Shown here: piece after piece, positions 51,676 to 64,000 of the stretch | Layout of the letters: each line of letters opens with the position of its first letter | How positions within the stretch are numbered: the first letter of the stretch is position 1 | Assembly: GCA_030390025.1 (NCBI GenBank) | Contig: CM059432.1 | Location: 144,834,001 to 144,898,000, forward strand | Direction: 5' to 3' | From: Squalus acanthias | Taxonomy: Eukaryota | Length of the DNA stretch: 64,000 bases | Position numbers and translations under genes: made by a program | The notes under the pieces: model-generated | Database searches by the model: none | Seen by the model: only the letters and a program-made list of their open reading frames with translations | What the model was told of the DNA's origin: nothing

Positions 51676-52834
51676 ACTATATTACACAATACAATATTTT
51701 GTTTATTGACCAATAAACAGTATTCTTATAGATAGGCATTAAAAAAATCCTTTAGGCTGCAGTTATACTGCAACTACATAGACTACTGTCTGCAGAATGC
51801 AATATGCCAGAAGACCAGAGGCATACGACTGACTATTGATCACTGCACAAGACCTCCACCCCCCCGCCAAGTGTTGGAAGAGCACAGACAGGAGTGCCTG
51901 CCTTCTCCGAACATGTCAAAGTTAATGTCGTCAATATTCAGAATCAATAAATACTTATAGAATCCATTTACATGATTAGATGTCCCCAACAGATTCAGGA
52001 GGCCTAACTGGTTGTGTTTTTTTTAAATTCCTCACCATTTGCAATGTTAAGGCCATCTTCACATTGTACCTTCACCACAAGGACTGCAGCGGTTCAAGAC
52101 GGCGGCTCACCACCACCTTCTCAAGGACAACTAGGGATGGCAATAAATGCTAGGGACATCCATATCCCAAGAATGAATTAAAAAATAATCTTCCTTTGTT
52201 GCGTGCATGCATGTCTGTCTGTAGTATCACAATATCTGCATGTGTTTTTTTGCATGCAGAGAAAGGTGGAGAGAAGAGGGAAGTTACTGATGCAAAATAT
52301 TTGGAAATGTTGAGTTTTGATCATTGGCCCCACAGCTGCATAATAGAAGAGTATGGTGGAGCTCGAGTCCAGTGAAATATCAGCTGAGGCTCAGTGGTAG
52401 CACTCCTGCCTCCAAGTCATTAGGATTTGAGCATGTAATCGGTTCTTCTACCTAAGTGAGGATGAACAGACAGATTACAAATGAAACAATAGGTATATAT
52501 CCATAGTTTCTGACCAGAGACCTTGACCAAACAAACTTGTCCTGTTTACATAACAGTCGTGTGGATGGATTATTACTTTGCATAGAAGATAAAGAAAGCT
52601 TGAGAGTAACTTCATCACCACTTCAGTAAGATGAGAGGACCACTTCCACTGGAGTTAACAAAAGCACTTTTAGCTTAGAGCTAAACTGCTTAACATCCTA
52701 GAACTTCCTCACAACCAATCTGAAGCAAATCCAATTGTTCAGAACTAGGAAAGGCACTTTCAAGCCAACTCCTAAAACAAAGAAAGAACCCTGTATCAAA
52801 AACAGAAAATAATGAATTTACATTTGTGAAAGGT

Positions 52835-53275
52835 TTGTCCTATGAGGAGAGATTGAGCCTGTACTCTCTGGAGTTTGGAAGAATAAGAGGTGATCTTATT
52901 GAAACAAACACAATTCTGAGGGTGATTGACAGGGTAGCTGCTGAGAGGTTAATTCCCCGGCTCGAGAGTCTAGAACTAGGGGGCATAGACTCAGGATAAG
53001 GGGTCGGCCATTTAAGGCTGAGATGAGGAGGAATTTCTTCAGTCAGAGGGCTGTGAATCTTTGGAATTCTCTACCCGAAAGGGCTGTGGATGCTGAGTCG
53101 TTGAGTACATTCAAGGCTGAGAGATAGATAGATCTTTGGACTCGAGGGGAATCAAGGGATATGGGGGCGGGAAAGTGGAATTGAGGTCAAAGATCAGCCA
53201 TGATCTTACTAAATGGCAGAACAGGCTTGAAGGGCCGTATGGCCTACTCCGGCCCCTAATTCTTATGTTCTTATT
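52835..53275 (+). mobile_element. CR1 3' end fragment
   Basis: tactctctggagtttggaagaataagaggtgatcttattgaaac...ttcttatgttcttat tail. Confidence 0.85.
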
Positions 53276-53277
53276 TC

Positions 53278-53850
53278 TGTAGCACCTTTCACATCTTCAG
53301 GACATCCCAAATCATTTCACAGCCAATTACTTAGTTTTATAATGCAAGCAAACTCTGCAGCTAACTTGCACGCAGCATTGAAAAGTGACCAGATAATCTG
53401 TTTTAGTTGTCTTGGTTGAGGGATAAACATTGGCCAAGACAACGGGACAACTCCCCTGCTCTTCTGTTCCCTACCCGAGCAGTTTATAGAATCACAGATT
53501 CATACAGCACAAGAGGCCATTCGGCCCATCATGCCTGTGCTGGCTCTTTGAAAGAGCTACCCAATTATTCAAACTCACCTGCTCTTCCCCAATAGCTCTG
53601 CAATTTTTTCCTTTTCAAGCACATATACAACTCCCTTTTGAAATTAACTATTGAATCCGCTTCCACCACCCATTCAGGCAGTGCATTCCATTTGAACACC
53701 TCATTTGAAAGACGGCAAATCCGACAGTGCATCACTCCCACAGTACTGTACTGAAGTGTCAGCCTAGATTAAGCGTACAAGTGGAGTGGAGCTTGAACAC
53801 ACAGCCTTCTGATGCAGAGGTGAGAGAGTGCTACAACTAAGCCAAGGTTG
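53278..53850 (-). mobile_element. DeuSINE-like SINE with tRNA head, interrupted by a CR1 3' fragment (53487-53690)
   Basis: Head ggcttagttgtagcac...gtgttcaagctcc followed by a Deu-like body. Confidence 0.65.
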
Positions 53851-54505
53851 ACATTTTGTGCAAAGTGTGTTCTTCCAATGATAAGCAAAATAACATCCTT
53901 CTAGTGTGTCTGATGTGGTTTGCCTCTGGAGAATAATTTTTACTTTCTTAGTACCATACTTTGGTATACTACAGAAACAGTGAGCCCTATGTGACAAAAA
54001 TGAAGCTTTTGTGTCTAAGTTTGCTCATTTAACTCTGTCGTGATACTCGAGTTAAAAACAGCATTAAATGATGTCTCAGCTTAACGAGATAGGCTGTTGT
54101 GACATTTAGTCAGGTTGGTCACTGGGCAGTTTGTTTGAGGGAGAAACCTAGTCATTCAATTCAGATATAAACATGCTTTGTGATTTGTTCAGAAATGTGT
54201 CTGATTTGTAGCCTACTTTTTTAAATCTAAAAGAATTAATTAAATTCATAAAGTTCTGGTTACTGTTTCAGAGGCATACTCACTGACCTACACACCTAAT
54301 ATCAATATGTTTGGTCTGGAGCCATCAAAGAGAGGTTATTAGATTGGAACTTCTGAAGAGAATAAGATACTCCACATAATCTCCGCAATAAAAAAAAAGA
54401 TTTTAAAAAGCACAACTATGTAAAAAAAAAGGTAGTAATAGTCATAACTGTAGCATTAGAGTTGTGAACCATTTATTATTTTCTACAATGAGAACCTAAC
54501 ATATT

Positions 54506-55259
54506 GGCCCAGAAATTGCGGTCAATGGTGAAGCGACGGCACTCACCACTGATCTCAAAAAAGCTGCCCACAAAGATCTAGCGAACTCTGTAGCATGAAT
54601 TTCAGCTCTCCCGACATTAGTTTGAATCTGGCACCAAATCAAGCGAATGTCCAGCGTCCAGCAACAGTGATGTCATCAAGCAGGCTAAGCAGCCAATCAC
54701 ACTGAAGAATTCTCACAGGCAGCAAACCAGGAAGTAAATGGCACAGCTTATAATTTACTTTTCATAAATTTGAGAGAGAAATGAAGATTGGGACTCACAC
54801 ATAGGATTAAGGTAGAAGCTGAAATATCATAAACAAACTTAAATTTTTTTAATAAAAAGCATGTCATTCTCATATTAATGGAAAAATGTGACATTCCACA
54901 AACATAAAATATCAGTTTTTCAGGGCCAGAACTGTTGTTGAGCAGTCAATATGCCATTAAAAACCCAGTTACACCTCTTTCAACAAGGCTTAACTTTTTC
55001 AGGAGGAGAGGGAGTTTAACAGCGATATTCCAGCGTAATAGGGGAAGTTTTCATCAGGAACTGTGATCTGAATTGATTGCCGGTTCTGAAGATTTCCACA
55101 GTGCAATCTGTGGAGGAGCAGGGCATGACTGACAGCAACTTCTGGATTTCCATGTTTATCTGCACATGTGCTGACTCCAGAAGTTGCTGTCACTTTCAGA
55201 GGAGTAATGACAGTGAACATTGACAATGTTGCTGTCATTACCACCGCAAAATCCGGGCC
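54506..55259. mobile_element. MITE
   Basis: TIR GGCCCAGAAATTGCGGT / ACCGCAAAATCCGGGCC. Confidence 0.8.
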
Positions 55260-58200
55260 AATGTAACTTTATTGTAAAAGCATGTTATTTTTCTGCTATT
55301 ACTAACTTGTTCTATACTGTTTAATAAACTTGCTTGGCAGTAAAAGCCAAAAACAGTAATCTATAAAGTGTTCTCTGTTCATTATTCTGGGTGTACCACA
55401 ATATTTTACCTAAATATCAGTGGAAGTTAAAATACTCGAGCAATTAGCGAATGAGGGCTCACCGACAAGAGTAGCCTGAAATCCTACAGCCAAAAGAAAT
55501 CTAGATTAAAAAAGGTAAAAATACCCCAAAACATAATTAATTGAAGAAACATTCTATTTGTAGTCCAGTGGATTTTGCTCTCAGGTTTCGTAGACTGGTA
55601 CCTGAAAACCTCAGTTTATTACCGATGTCTAATTTACTATAATTTTACAAAAACAATTGTTTTTAAACTTGCGTCATTGTTGATACATTTTGCATCATTG
55701 AAGTGAAGTTAGCCCACATAACACATTATAAATACAGCCTTATTGCAACCAGTTTTTAAACTGGTTTAATCCTAGGCTGTACAATAACAGACAGTTTAAT
55801 GCAAGTGTATTGAAATCTTTAAAAAAAAAAATATTTTGACTCAGGGTGGAAATGTAAATCTAATTATAAACCAAATATACACCTGCTATAATTATTTAAA
55901 TCTTGCAGTATGGTATTCATAATGTGAAAATGTAAGTTAATGTGACATTTCCTGGATTTTGATTCTAATATACACAACGTCAAGTCAATTCCACATGGTA
56001 ATGTACACTTGACCTGCTATAGTCTTTTCAAGCATCTGGCCAGATGCTTTCTTTTAGTTAGTCTAAATGAGAACAGCAGATGTTATATTTTCACAAGCCC
56101 TTGAAATTGCTCAACTGCTATAAATTCTGAAATGTGAAGATAGCAAAGTAACTTCACCCAGTAATAAAAGTAATTACTGTGAGCAACAGTTTCCTCGAGA
56201 GCGACAGTTCAATGCCAAGCCTAGAGTGACCACATTCCAAACCAAGGCAGTATGCCGAGAGGCAGAGACAGATACTGAGAGCGAGACACGCACACACAGA
56301 GACAAGGAAAGAACAGTCAGATTTGCATTTATATAGCCCCTTTCATGACCTCAGGAAGTCCCAAAGTGCTTTACAGACAATTAAGTACTCATGAAGTGCA
56401 GTCACTGTTGTAATGTAGGAAATTAGTCCAAAAAAAAACACACTACAATAGCGAAATAATAATTGTTGGTTTAAGGAAACATAGGAATTGGAGTAATAGT
56501 GTACTTAATAATAAAATGCTGAATGGAGGAGGTTGGATGCCTAGTATTGCTGAGGTGTACGAATTACAGTAAAATGGCGACTTCCAAGTGGAAACTTTGT
56601 TAGGCACAATTTTGGATGTGCCTTTTGCTGATGGCGAACTGATTAGCTTCAGAATGTCGTAGTGACTTCAAGAACTGGGGTGCACAGACTCAGAAAGGGT
56701 ACTAACATAAGTGTAACATTGATAGTTAAGGACAACATTGACCAGTTAGGTCACCCAGTGGCTAAAGAACTCATTATCTGGTTTTCATTGGAAATGATCA
56801 AAACTTGGGGTGTAACTGGTGAAAATCAAGAAACTGTAAGTAGCCCCTGCTTAGTCTTGGTCAGTGGTTTACCAAGGAAGTTTCTGATGTGCTGTTGTCA
56901 ATGTTCCAACCAGGGATCCAACCAGCTTTCTATGTGACACTGTCAAAGCTGTATAAAGGACATGTGCATTACATGGCTCTTTTGTTGCACCTTATCTTGG
57001 ATGCTATGTTCTATGCTTTGTGCAGTAACACATGAAAAACTGAAATGGGTATTGTGTTTTTGCTTGGGTATTTTTAGTGAGAACATTCCTGCCCACCTAT
57101 AAGACATAGAGGAGGCCCCAGACCCTCCATTGAAGAATTTGCTTTTCCATGAGTTTTCTACTGCTTATATGTTTTTCAATTTGTGCCTGTCCATGAAAGC
57201 ACCCAAGGTGTCTACAACAATAACAGAAAGACACCAGACAATCCATCTGAGACCCTATAACAAACTAGAGAATGAGACCCCCAAGCTAATACCAACAATT
57301 CTGTCCATGCAGCAGAAAACCTTTAGTGATTTGTGCCACTGAGGGTCCATGTAGTGTACTGGAGCCGTGAAGTCCTAGTGATACAGATGGAGAGTCTCCC
57401 TATCGATGTACAAAATCAGATCTGTATTGTATTGGACCAACCCACTTTGAGAAACATTGAAAAGAAATCCTTTGCTGCTTCAAAGTTGTAACTCCAGTTT
57501 TTACAAACCAGCTTCTTCTGCAGCTGGCAATCAACACTGACCAAATTTGACTGGTAGCTGTACTGAAGCACCACACGAATACTATCCCTTCCTACAAGGA
57601 AAGTCAGAAGAATCAAATTCTGAATAATATGAAACTATCAATTCTAGCTAATTTTATCATTTTTCAGAATGTGGGTGTCACTGACAAAGCCGACATTTTT
57701 TGCCCATCCCTAGCTGCCCTTGAGATGGTGGTGGAGGGGAACTTGGAGGTGATGGTATTCCTATAGGAATTCTGGATCCTAACTGCAGATGTGGTCATAG
57801 ACAAAGAATTAAGGAGGCCGTGCAATGAATTGGTGAAAATTATGACTACAGCCAACGATTGACGAGGTGCTCCGGCCATCCCAACTAGTGTTTGTGATCG
57901 CAATACGTTACACTGACACCTTATCAACAGTCTGCAATTCCTTGGTGCACCCAGGAACAAAGAAACAGAAATCTGAGATAACAGAATTTGTTCTTAATCA
58001 GAAGCATCAAATCTTCTTAAACTTCACACATTGTTGACTGTCTTCTTCGCCACATCAAGGCAAAGGCAGAGGTGTTCCCACTCACACCCCATTGTAAGTC
58101 CTGGGTACTAGCATCCACCTAGCATAGTGAAAGGACAGGAAAAGGAAGCTCCAATTTTTGTTGATTACCCGTAGGAGAAATCTGTGCTCCAGAACCAGTG

Positions 58201-58680
58201 GGAAGAGAAACTTTTAAAGGACTTGTCCCAAACTCTGGAAGCAACAGCAGAGAGTAGGATTGTCCATTTTTGTGAATAAATGACTAACCATATTCAAAGT
58301 TATCTGCAAGAGAAAGGGTTTTGATGTAAATATTCAGGTGACATGCTATAAACTTATCTAGAGCAAAGAAGTGGTAATGAATCTTCAGGAGAAGCTGCAG
58401 AGTGCATCTCCCTGACTATACTGAAGTTTCTGCAAAGTTAAACAGTTTTAAGACTGCAAATTTCTTCTACGTTATTAAGGACCAGGTTTACATTGAAATG
58501 ATAAAGGTGAAAAGCACACTCATTTTATGCTATGGACATATAGGGGCAGATTTTCCGCTTGCCACCCATGCATAAACTGACGTTGGGGATCGGCCGCCCG
58601 TTATAGAAAGCGCCCGGTTTCATTCCATTGATCACTGTCCAGATTTCACAGCCACCTTAGAAACATGGATGTATTCTTAC

Positions 58681-58794
58681 CTTTTACTCCACCAAAAGCT
58701 CCAAAAGTTAAGTTGAAAGCTGTCCGTTGAAGATTGTGCTCATACATCAGTTTCAGCTGGTACTGGTTTCCATGTTCAACAGTACCCATAGTTC
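58681..58794 (-). CDS. BBS9: BBS9 coding exon (114 nt; ~exon 5)
   Basis: tcacag|GA ACT ATG...GTA AAA G|gtaag; (G)TMGTVEHGNQYQLKLMYEHNLQRTAFNLTFGAFGGVK; phase matches both neighbours. Confidence 0.96.
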
Positions 58795-59019
58795 CTGTGA
58801 ACCAAAAAACAAACAAAACAATTGGAAGGCAAAAAAGGCTTTGTGCAACAGGCCATTAGCTTCAAAAATTTCTAGCTTACAAACACCAATTGATTCAGCC
58901 CAGCAACGATAGCATGCCATGCAAGTAGCAAAATACACCTGTGTAAGTGCTGGCAAACAAGTACAACGCAAATTACAGCAGGCCCATGTGAATATTCTCA
59001 ACACACCCAAGAATCACTT

Positions 59020-60300
59020 CCATCCTTCCCACCAACATCACAGTTGGTTGTTCGTCTGAATGACAATGACATTGTGATCATATCGGGGCATTGGTTTGGT
59101 GTGGCTCCTCTCACGAGCTCTGACATTGCTCACTGGACCAATACGCAAGGGACAGATTTCATCACACTCAGTACAGATAGATTCAGAGTTTGTTACTGCA
59201 GTCTGGTTGACATTTCTGTTTTATCTTTCCTTAGTTTTCTTCCCTTTTCTTCTGCGCTGCCTCAATATACTCTCTCTCAAAGTGGTGCAATGCCTTGATG
59301 GACATCATTTGCCACTTGCCTGATCCCAAGATTTCATGTTGATCTGACCATTCTTTAGCTTCCTTTTCAATGAGTCCTTGCAAATGTTTGAACTGTCCTC
59401 CTTGGAAGCATTTGTCCTCTTTCAGCCAATCATCAGCCAGCCTATCCAACACACTCAACACATGTCAAATGATCTCATCTGAGCCTTGATCTGAACAGCC
59501 AGGACTTTGGAATCTTGTCTTGCCATCTGCTGTTCCTGATGGTACAGAGTGGAAGTTTGCAAGGTCTTTGATGTGACATCTATAGATTGCCCAAGTCTCA
59601 TAGCACTAAAGAGGCAACAACAGGAACATTACCGTACACATTTTGAGCTCACTTTTGATTTTCAGCTCATATTTATCCCACACTCACTTCCTCTGGCAGC
59701 CAAAGGTTGAGCAGGTCTTCCTGATTTGATGAAACTGCTCTGTCCAGAGAGGTGTCTGATGCGAGCGTATTGTCCAGGTTAAATAAATTGCTGGACTTAA
59801 CTCAGTTGTGTTCCATCGTGATGTTGCTTGAAACAAACCTCAACCTTCCTCATACTGATGGACAGGCCAAAGTACTTGGATGCTGATGTAAAACAGTTGG
59901 TGATCGTCTTGAGGTCTCCGAATGTGTGGGCCAGTAGAGCACACAGTCATTGGGAAACATAACCTCACAACTCATAGCTGCTTTAATATTGGTCATTGCT
60001 TTTAGTTAGTAGAAGCTGAACAGTTTTCCATCCCTATTGTCCTGGATGTACAATCCTTCCCGGACTTCTTCAAAAATGGGGGCGGGGGGGGGGGGGGGGT
60101 GCGCTGGAGAAAGAGGAAGCTGAAGAGGGTGATTACCAGAACACACCCTTGTGTCACTCAGCCGGTAATGAAAAAAGCATCTGCTCCCACCTCACCAGGT
60201 AACGACTCTTGCCAAGACCCTATCATGTAGCTGTCATATCACATTGATAGACTAGACCAGAAGTTTCCACAGTCTAAGGCTTCTGAAGTCTGTCAGGTGA
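59020..60300 (-). mobile_element. Old degenerate RTE-clade LINE fragment
   Basis: Minus strand gives ...ITNCFTSASKYFGLSISMRKVE next to a decayed FADD region, and CPLRIGP near the 3' end. Confidence 0.65.
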
Positions 60301-60398
60301 AGACCAGAAACAAGGCCTTGTTTTATTGTTTAAATTTCTCCTCACACAAATATACTGTCCACATCACTTTGCTTCAATCAAAATCGTATATGATCTCA

Positions 60399-62502
60399 CA
60401 GAGGATTGGGAAAACTTTAAAAGGCAGCAAAAAATAACAAAAAGATTGATTAAGAAAGGGAAGATAGATTATGAAAGTAAATTAGCAAAAAATATAAAAA
60501 CAGATAGTAAGAGTTTTTATAGTTATATAAAAAGAAAAAGGGTGGCTAAAGTAAATGTTGGTCCCTTAGAGGATGAGACCGGGAAATTAATGGTGGGAAA
60601 TATGGAGATGGCAAAAACACTGAATGAATATTTTGTATCAGTCTTTACAGTAGAGGACACTAAGAATATCCCAACACTGGACAAACAGGGGGCTATAGGG
60701 GGAGAGGAGCTAAACACGATCAAAATCACTAAGGAAGTGGTACTCGGTAAAATAATGGGACTCAAGGCGGATAAATCACCTGGACCTGACGGCTTACATC
60801 CTAGAGTCTTGAAGGAAGTGGCGGTAGGGATTGTAGATGCATTGGTAATAATTTTTCAAAACTCCCTGGATTCCGCTAAGGTCCCGGCAGACTGGAAAAC
60901 TGCTAATGTAACACCCTTATTTAAAAAGGGCAGTAGACAGAAGGCTGGTAACTATAGACCGGTTAGCCTAACATCTGTGGTAGGTAAAATTTTGGAGTCC
61001 ATTATTAAGGAAACAGTAACAGGACATTTGGATAATCATAATTTAATAGGACAAAGTCAGCATGGTTTTACGAAGGGGAAGTCATGTTTGACAAATTTGC
61101 TGGAGTTCTTTGAGGAAGTAACATATAGAGTGGATAAAGGGGAACCAGTGGACGTAGTGTATTTAGACTTCCAAAAGGCATTTGACAAGGTGCCACACAA
61201 AAGATTATTGCTTAAGGTAAAAAATCACGGGATTGGGGGTAATATTCTGGCATGGATAGAGGATTGGCTATCTAACAGAAAGCAAAGAGTTGGGATAAAT
61301 GGTTCATTCTCAGACTGGCAATCAGTAACTAGTGGTGTTCCACAGGGGTCAGTGCTGGGTCCCCAACTCTTCACAATCTATATTAACGATTTGGAGGAAG
61401 GGACCAAGTGTAACATATCAAAATTTGCAGATGATACAAAGATGGGAGGGAAAGTAGTGAGTGAGGAGGACATAAAAAACCTGCAAGGGGACATAGACAG
61501 GCTAAGTAAGTGGGCAGAGATTTGGCAGATGGAATACAACACTGGAAAGTGTGAGGTGATGCACTTTGGCAGGAAAAATCCTAGAGCAATTTATTATCTT
61601 AATGGCAAGAAACTGGAGAGTACTGAAGTGCAAAGGGATCTGGGGGTCCTGGTGCACGAAACTCAAAAGGTTAGTATGCAGGTGCAGCAAGTGATTAAGA
61701 AGGCAAATGGAATGTTGGCTTTCATTGCTAGGGGGATAGAATATAAAAATAGGGAGGTATTGCTTCAGTTGTACAAGGTATTGGTGAGACCGCACCTGGA
61801 ATACTGCATACAGTTTTGGTGTCCTTACTTAAGGAAAGACATCCTTGCTCTCGAGGCAGTGCAAAAAAGGTTCACTCGGTTAATCCGGGGATGAGGGGGT
61901 GGTCATATGAGGAGAGGTTGGGTAGATTGGGACTCTACTCATTGGAGTTCAGAAGAATGAGAGGCGATCTTATTGAAACATATAAGATTGTGAAGGGGTT
62001 GGATCGGGTGGATGCGGGGAGGATGTTCCCGATGACGGGTGAGACGAGAACTAGGGGACATAGTCTTAGAATAAGGGGCTGCTCTTTCAAAACTGAGATG
62101 AGGAGGAACTACTTCACTCAGAGGGTGGTAGGTCCATGGAATATGCTGCCACAAAAAGCTGTAGAAGCTACAACATTAATTAAATTTAAAACAGAAATAG
62201 ACAGTTTCCTAGAAGTAAAGGGCATTAAGGGTTACGGGGAGCGGGCAGGAATTTGGACATGAGTCTAGGTTCGGATCGGTCATGGCCCTGTGGGTAGTGG
62301 AGCGGGCCCAGGGACTGTGTAGCCTGATTCTGCTCCTATTTCGTGTGTGCAATTCTGTTAGATGCAGGAGATGGTTCTGTGATAGATAGTAGATTGGCGG
62401 TTAGGATCAGATCAGCCATGATCTTATTGAATGGCGGAGCAGGCTCGAGGGGCCGATTGGCCTACTCCTGCTCCTATTTCTTATGTTCTTATGTTCTTAT
62501 GT
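60399..62502 (+). mobile_element. CR1-clade LINE, 5'-truncated, RT largely intact
   Basis: ORF 60326-61894 with RT motifs (FADD); one frameshift near 61885; (TTCTTATG)n tail. Confidence 0.95.
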
Positions 62503-63445
62503 GATGGTCTTGGTCAGATGGTTCCTGGCAAGGAATCCTTCCAGCACGAGATGCCAAACTAGTTCCTACAGTCAGAATGGTCCAGCATCAAGCCCAATCT
62601 TGTAATCCAACAATTCAAGAGTTATTGTGTTTTAAATACACATCATTAAGGGAAACTATTAAGGTATTTTGTTGATTTTTGTTTTAAGGTATGATTATCT
62701 CACCCAAACCAAATTATTTTCTATACACCTCAAGATCCTGGGGTGTAATTTCTTGTATATTTGTGCCCAGAGATGCGTAAAAACAGGGCAAATGCCCGAC
62801 GTAAAAGATTGAGGAAACTCAGGCGGAAGTGTTTTCGCACGTAATTATGCTACACCCAAATTTTCTCGCTCTTTTATGCCCGTCTATCAATCCCTGCGCC
62901 GGATCGCATCTCAGCTCATTATATCGGCTCCGCCCCGGGCTAAAGAACTGTACATGCAAATTTCTTGCAATTACGCTGCCTCAAAACAGATGTAAAAATC
63001 AAGCCTCATATTTTAGGCGTAGCAAGATACCAAGTCATTTTTCTGGTGCTTTATTGTGATTTTTTAAAATTTCTCCACACCGTGACCTGATCTGTATATT
63101 CTGGTTAATGGACTACTATGCTGTCTAAATGTGGATCAGAAGCAGAGTATGTTTAAGCCAAAGAACTAGAGCCTGAGAAGTTAGATGCAATTTTTTGCCT
63201 GACTTTACCATGGCAGCATATTGTTTTGTGGGACAATATTACTGTTCCTTTTCAAAATTCTAACTTCTGAATTAAACCTACCACTTTCATGGGTTTATAA
63301 ACAGATCTACAACGAATACAGTCAAAATTAATAGAACAGTGTAAATGCATGAAAACTCAAAAGAAATACAACAATGTATAACTGGAAGAATAATGATAAA
63401 AGCACTCACACAAGCAAGGTAAAAATTTTAAACGGTATACACTAC

Positions 63446-63510
63446 CTGAGACAGCATAGACGGACAGCTTTCTTGGATGCAAAACAGCCAAGTGAAGTAG
63501 TTCTGTACCT
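63446..63510 (-). CDS. BBS9: BBS9/PTHB1 internal coding exon (65 nt; ~human exon 4)
   Basis: ttgcag|A GGT ACA GAA...GTC TCA G|gtagtg; encodes GTELLHLAVLHPRKLSVYAVS, similar to recalled human GTEMLHLAVLHSRKLCVYSVS. Confidence 0.95.
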
Positions 63511-64000
63511 CTGCAAGAACAAATGAAATCACCTAACTACAAAAGACCTCAAGGCTACAAAAAAGCAGCTCATATACTGCTTTTAAATTATGAAATGTTA
63601 CTTTAAAAAAAAAGTTAAATCCCGACTAGGTCTGCACGACCACATTAAGCTCAAATACAGTAAACATGCTTCTACAAATCCATGGTCATTGTGTTTTATA
63701 ATTCACAACCTCTCAATGGTATATTTTTTAATGGGGACTGAACTATTAATATTATCGCTTTTTATTATGCAATAAGTAAGAATATTGCATGGCTTTCAGG
63801 GAACACCCATCTGTTCTTAGCTGTGTTACACAACATGTAGAAGTGTTTGAATAGCGAATTTGGCAGTCAGTTGTAAATACTTTTAAAACAAGCCAACACA
63901 AAACAACCTGTTTAGACGTTGCTGCTTTGTCACAAAGCAATCTTAAAGAGCTGAAAATAAAAATACAAATTTCAACACTGTCTTGCATGTGCTGGCAGCA

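Noticed and set aside
56790..57560. Coding-like degenerate sequence (also ~4480-4760 and ~10400-10800)
   Set aside because: Could not be assigned to any family or frame; probably old repeats.

Overview
Vertebrate genomic DNA, most likely a cartilaginous fish judging by the repeat families (inference). The window lies entirely inside one minus-strand gene, BBS9/PTHB1 (BBSome subunit). Eleven consecutive internal coding exons were read by hand; they are equivalent to human exons ~4-14, total 1271 nt, have GT-AG boundaries and splice in frame. The gene start and end lie outside the window. The introns are packed with mobile elements: four large CR1-type LINE copies (one with an SGNH-esterase ORF1), many CR1, L2 and RTE fragments, DeuSINE-like SINEs, Penelope-like remnants and a set of GG...CC-ended MITEs. 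Main observations: (1) a conserved U_UUA_AAC -1 frameshift-type heptamer at the ORF1/ORF2 junction of two independent CR1 copies; (2) a LINE with a tRNA-derived SINE-like 5' head and no ORF1, together with its internally deleted short derivative; (3) a minimal hammerhead ribozyme in a Penelope-like element; (4) a CR1 copy with a tandemly doubled 3' UTR. Family names come from recalled motifs, not database searches, and repeat boundaries are approximate.
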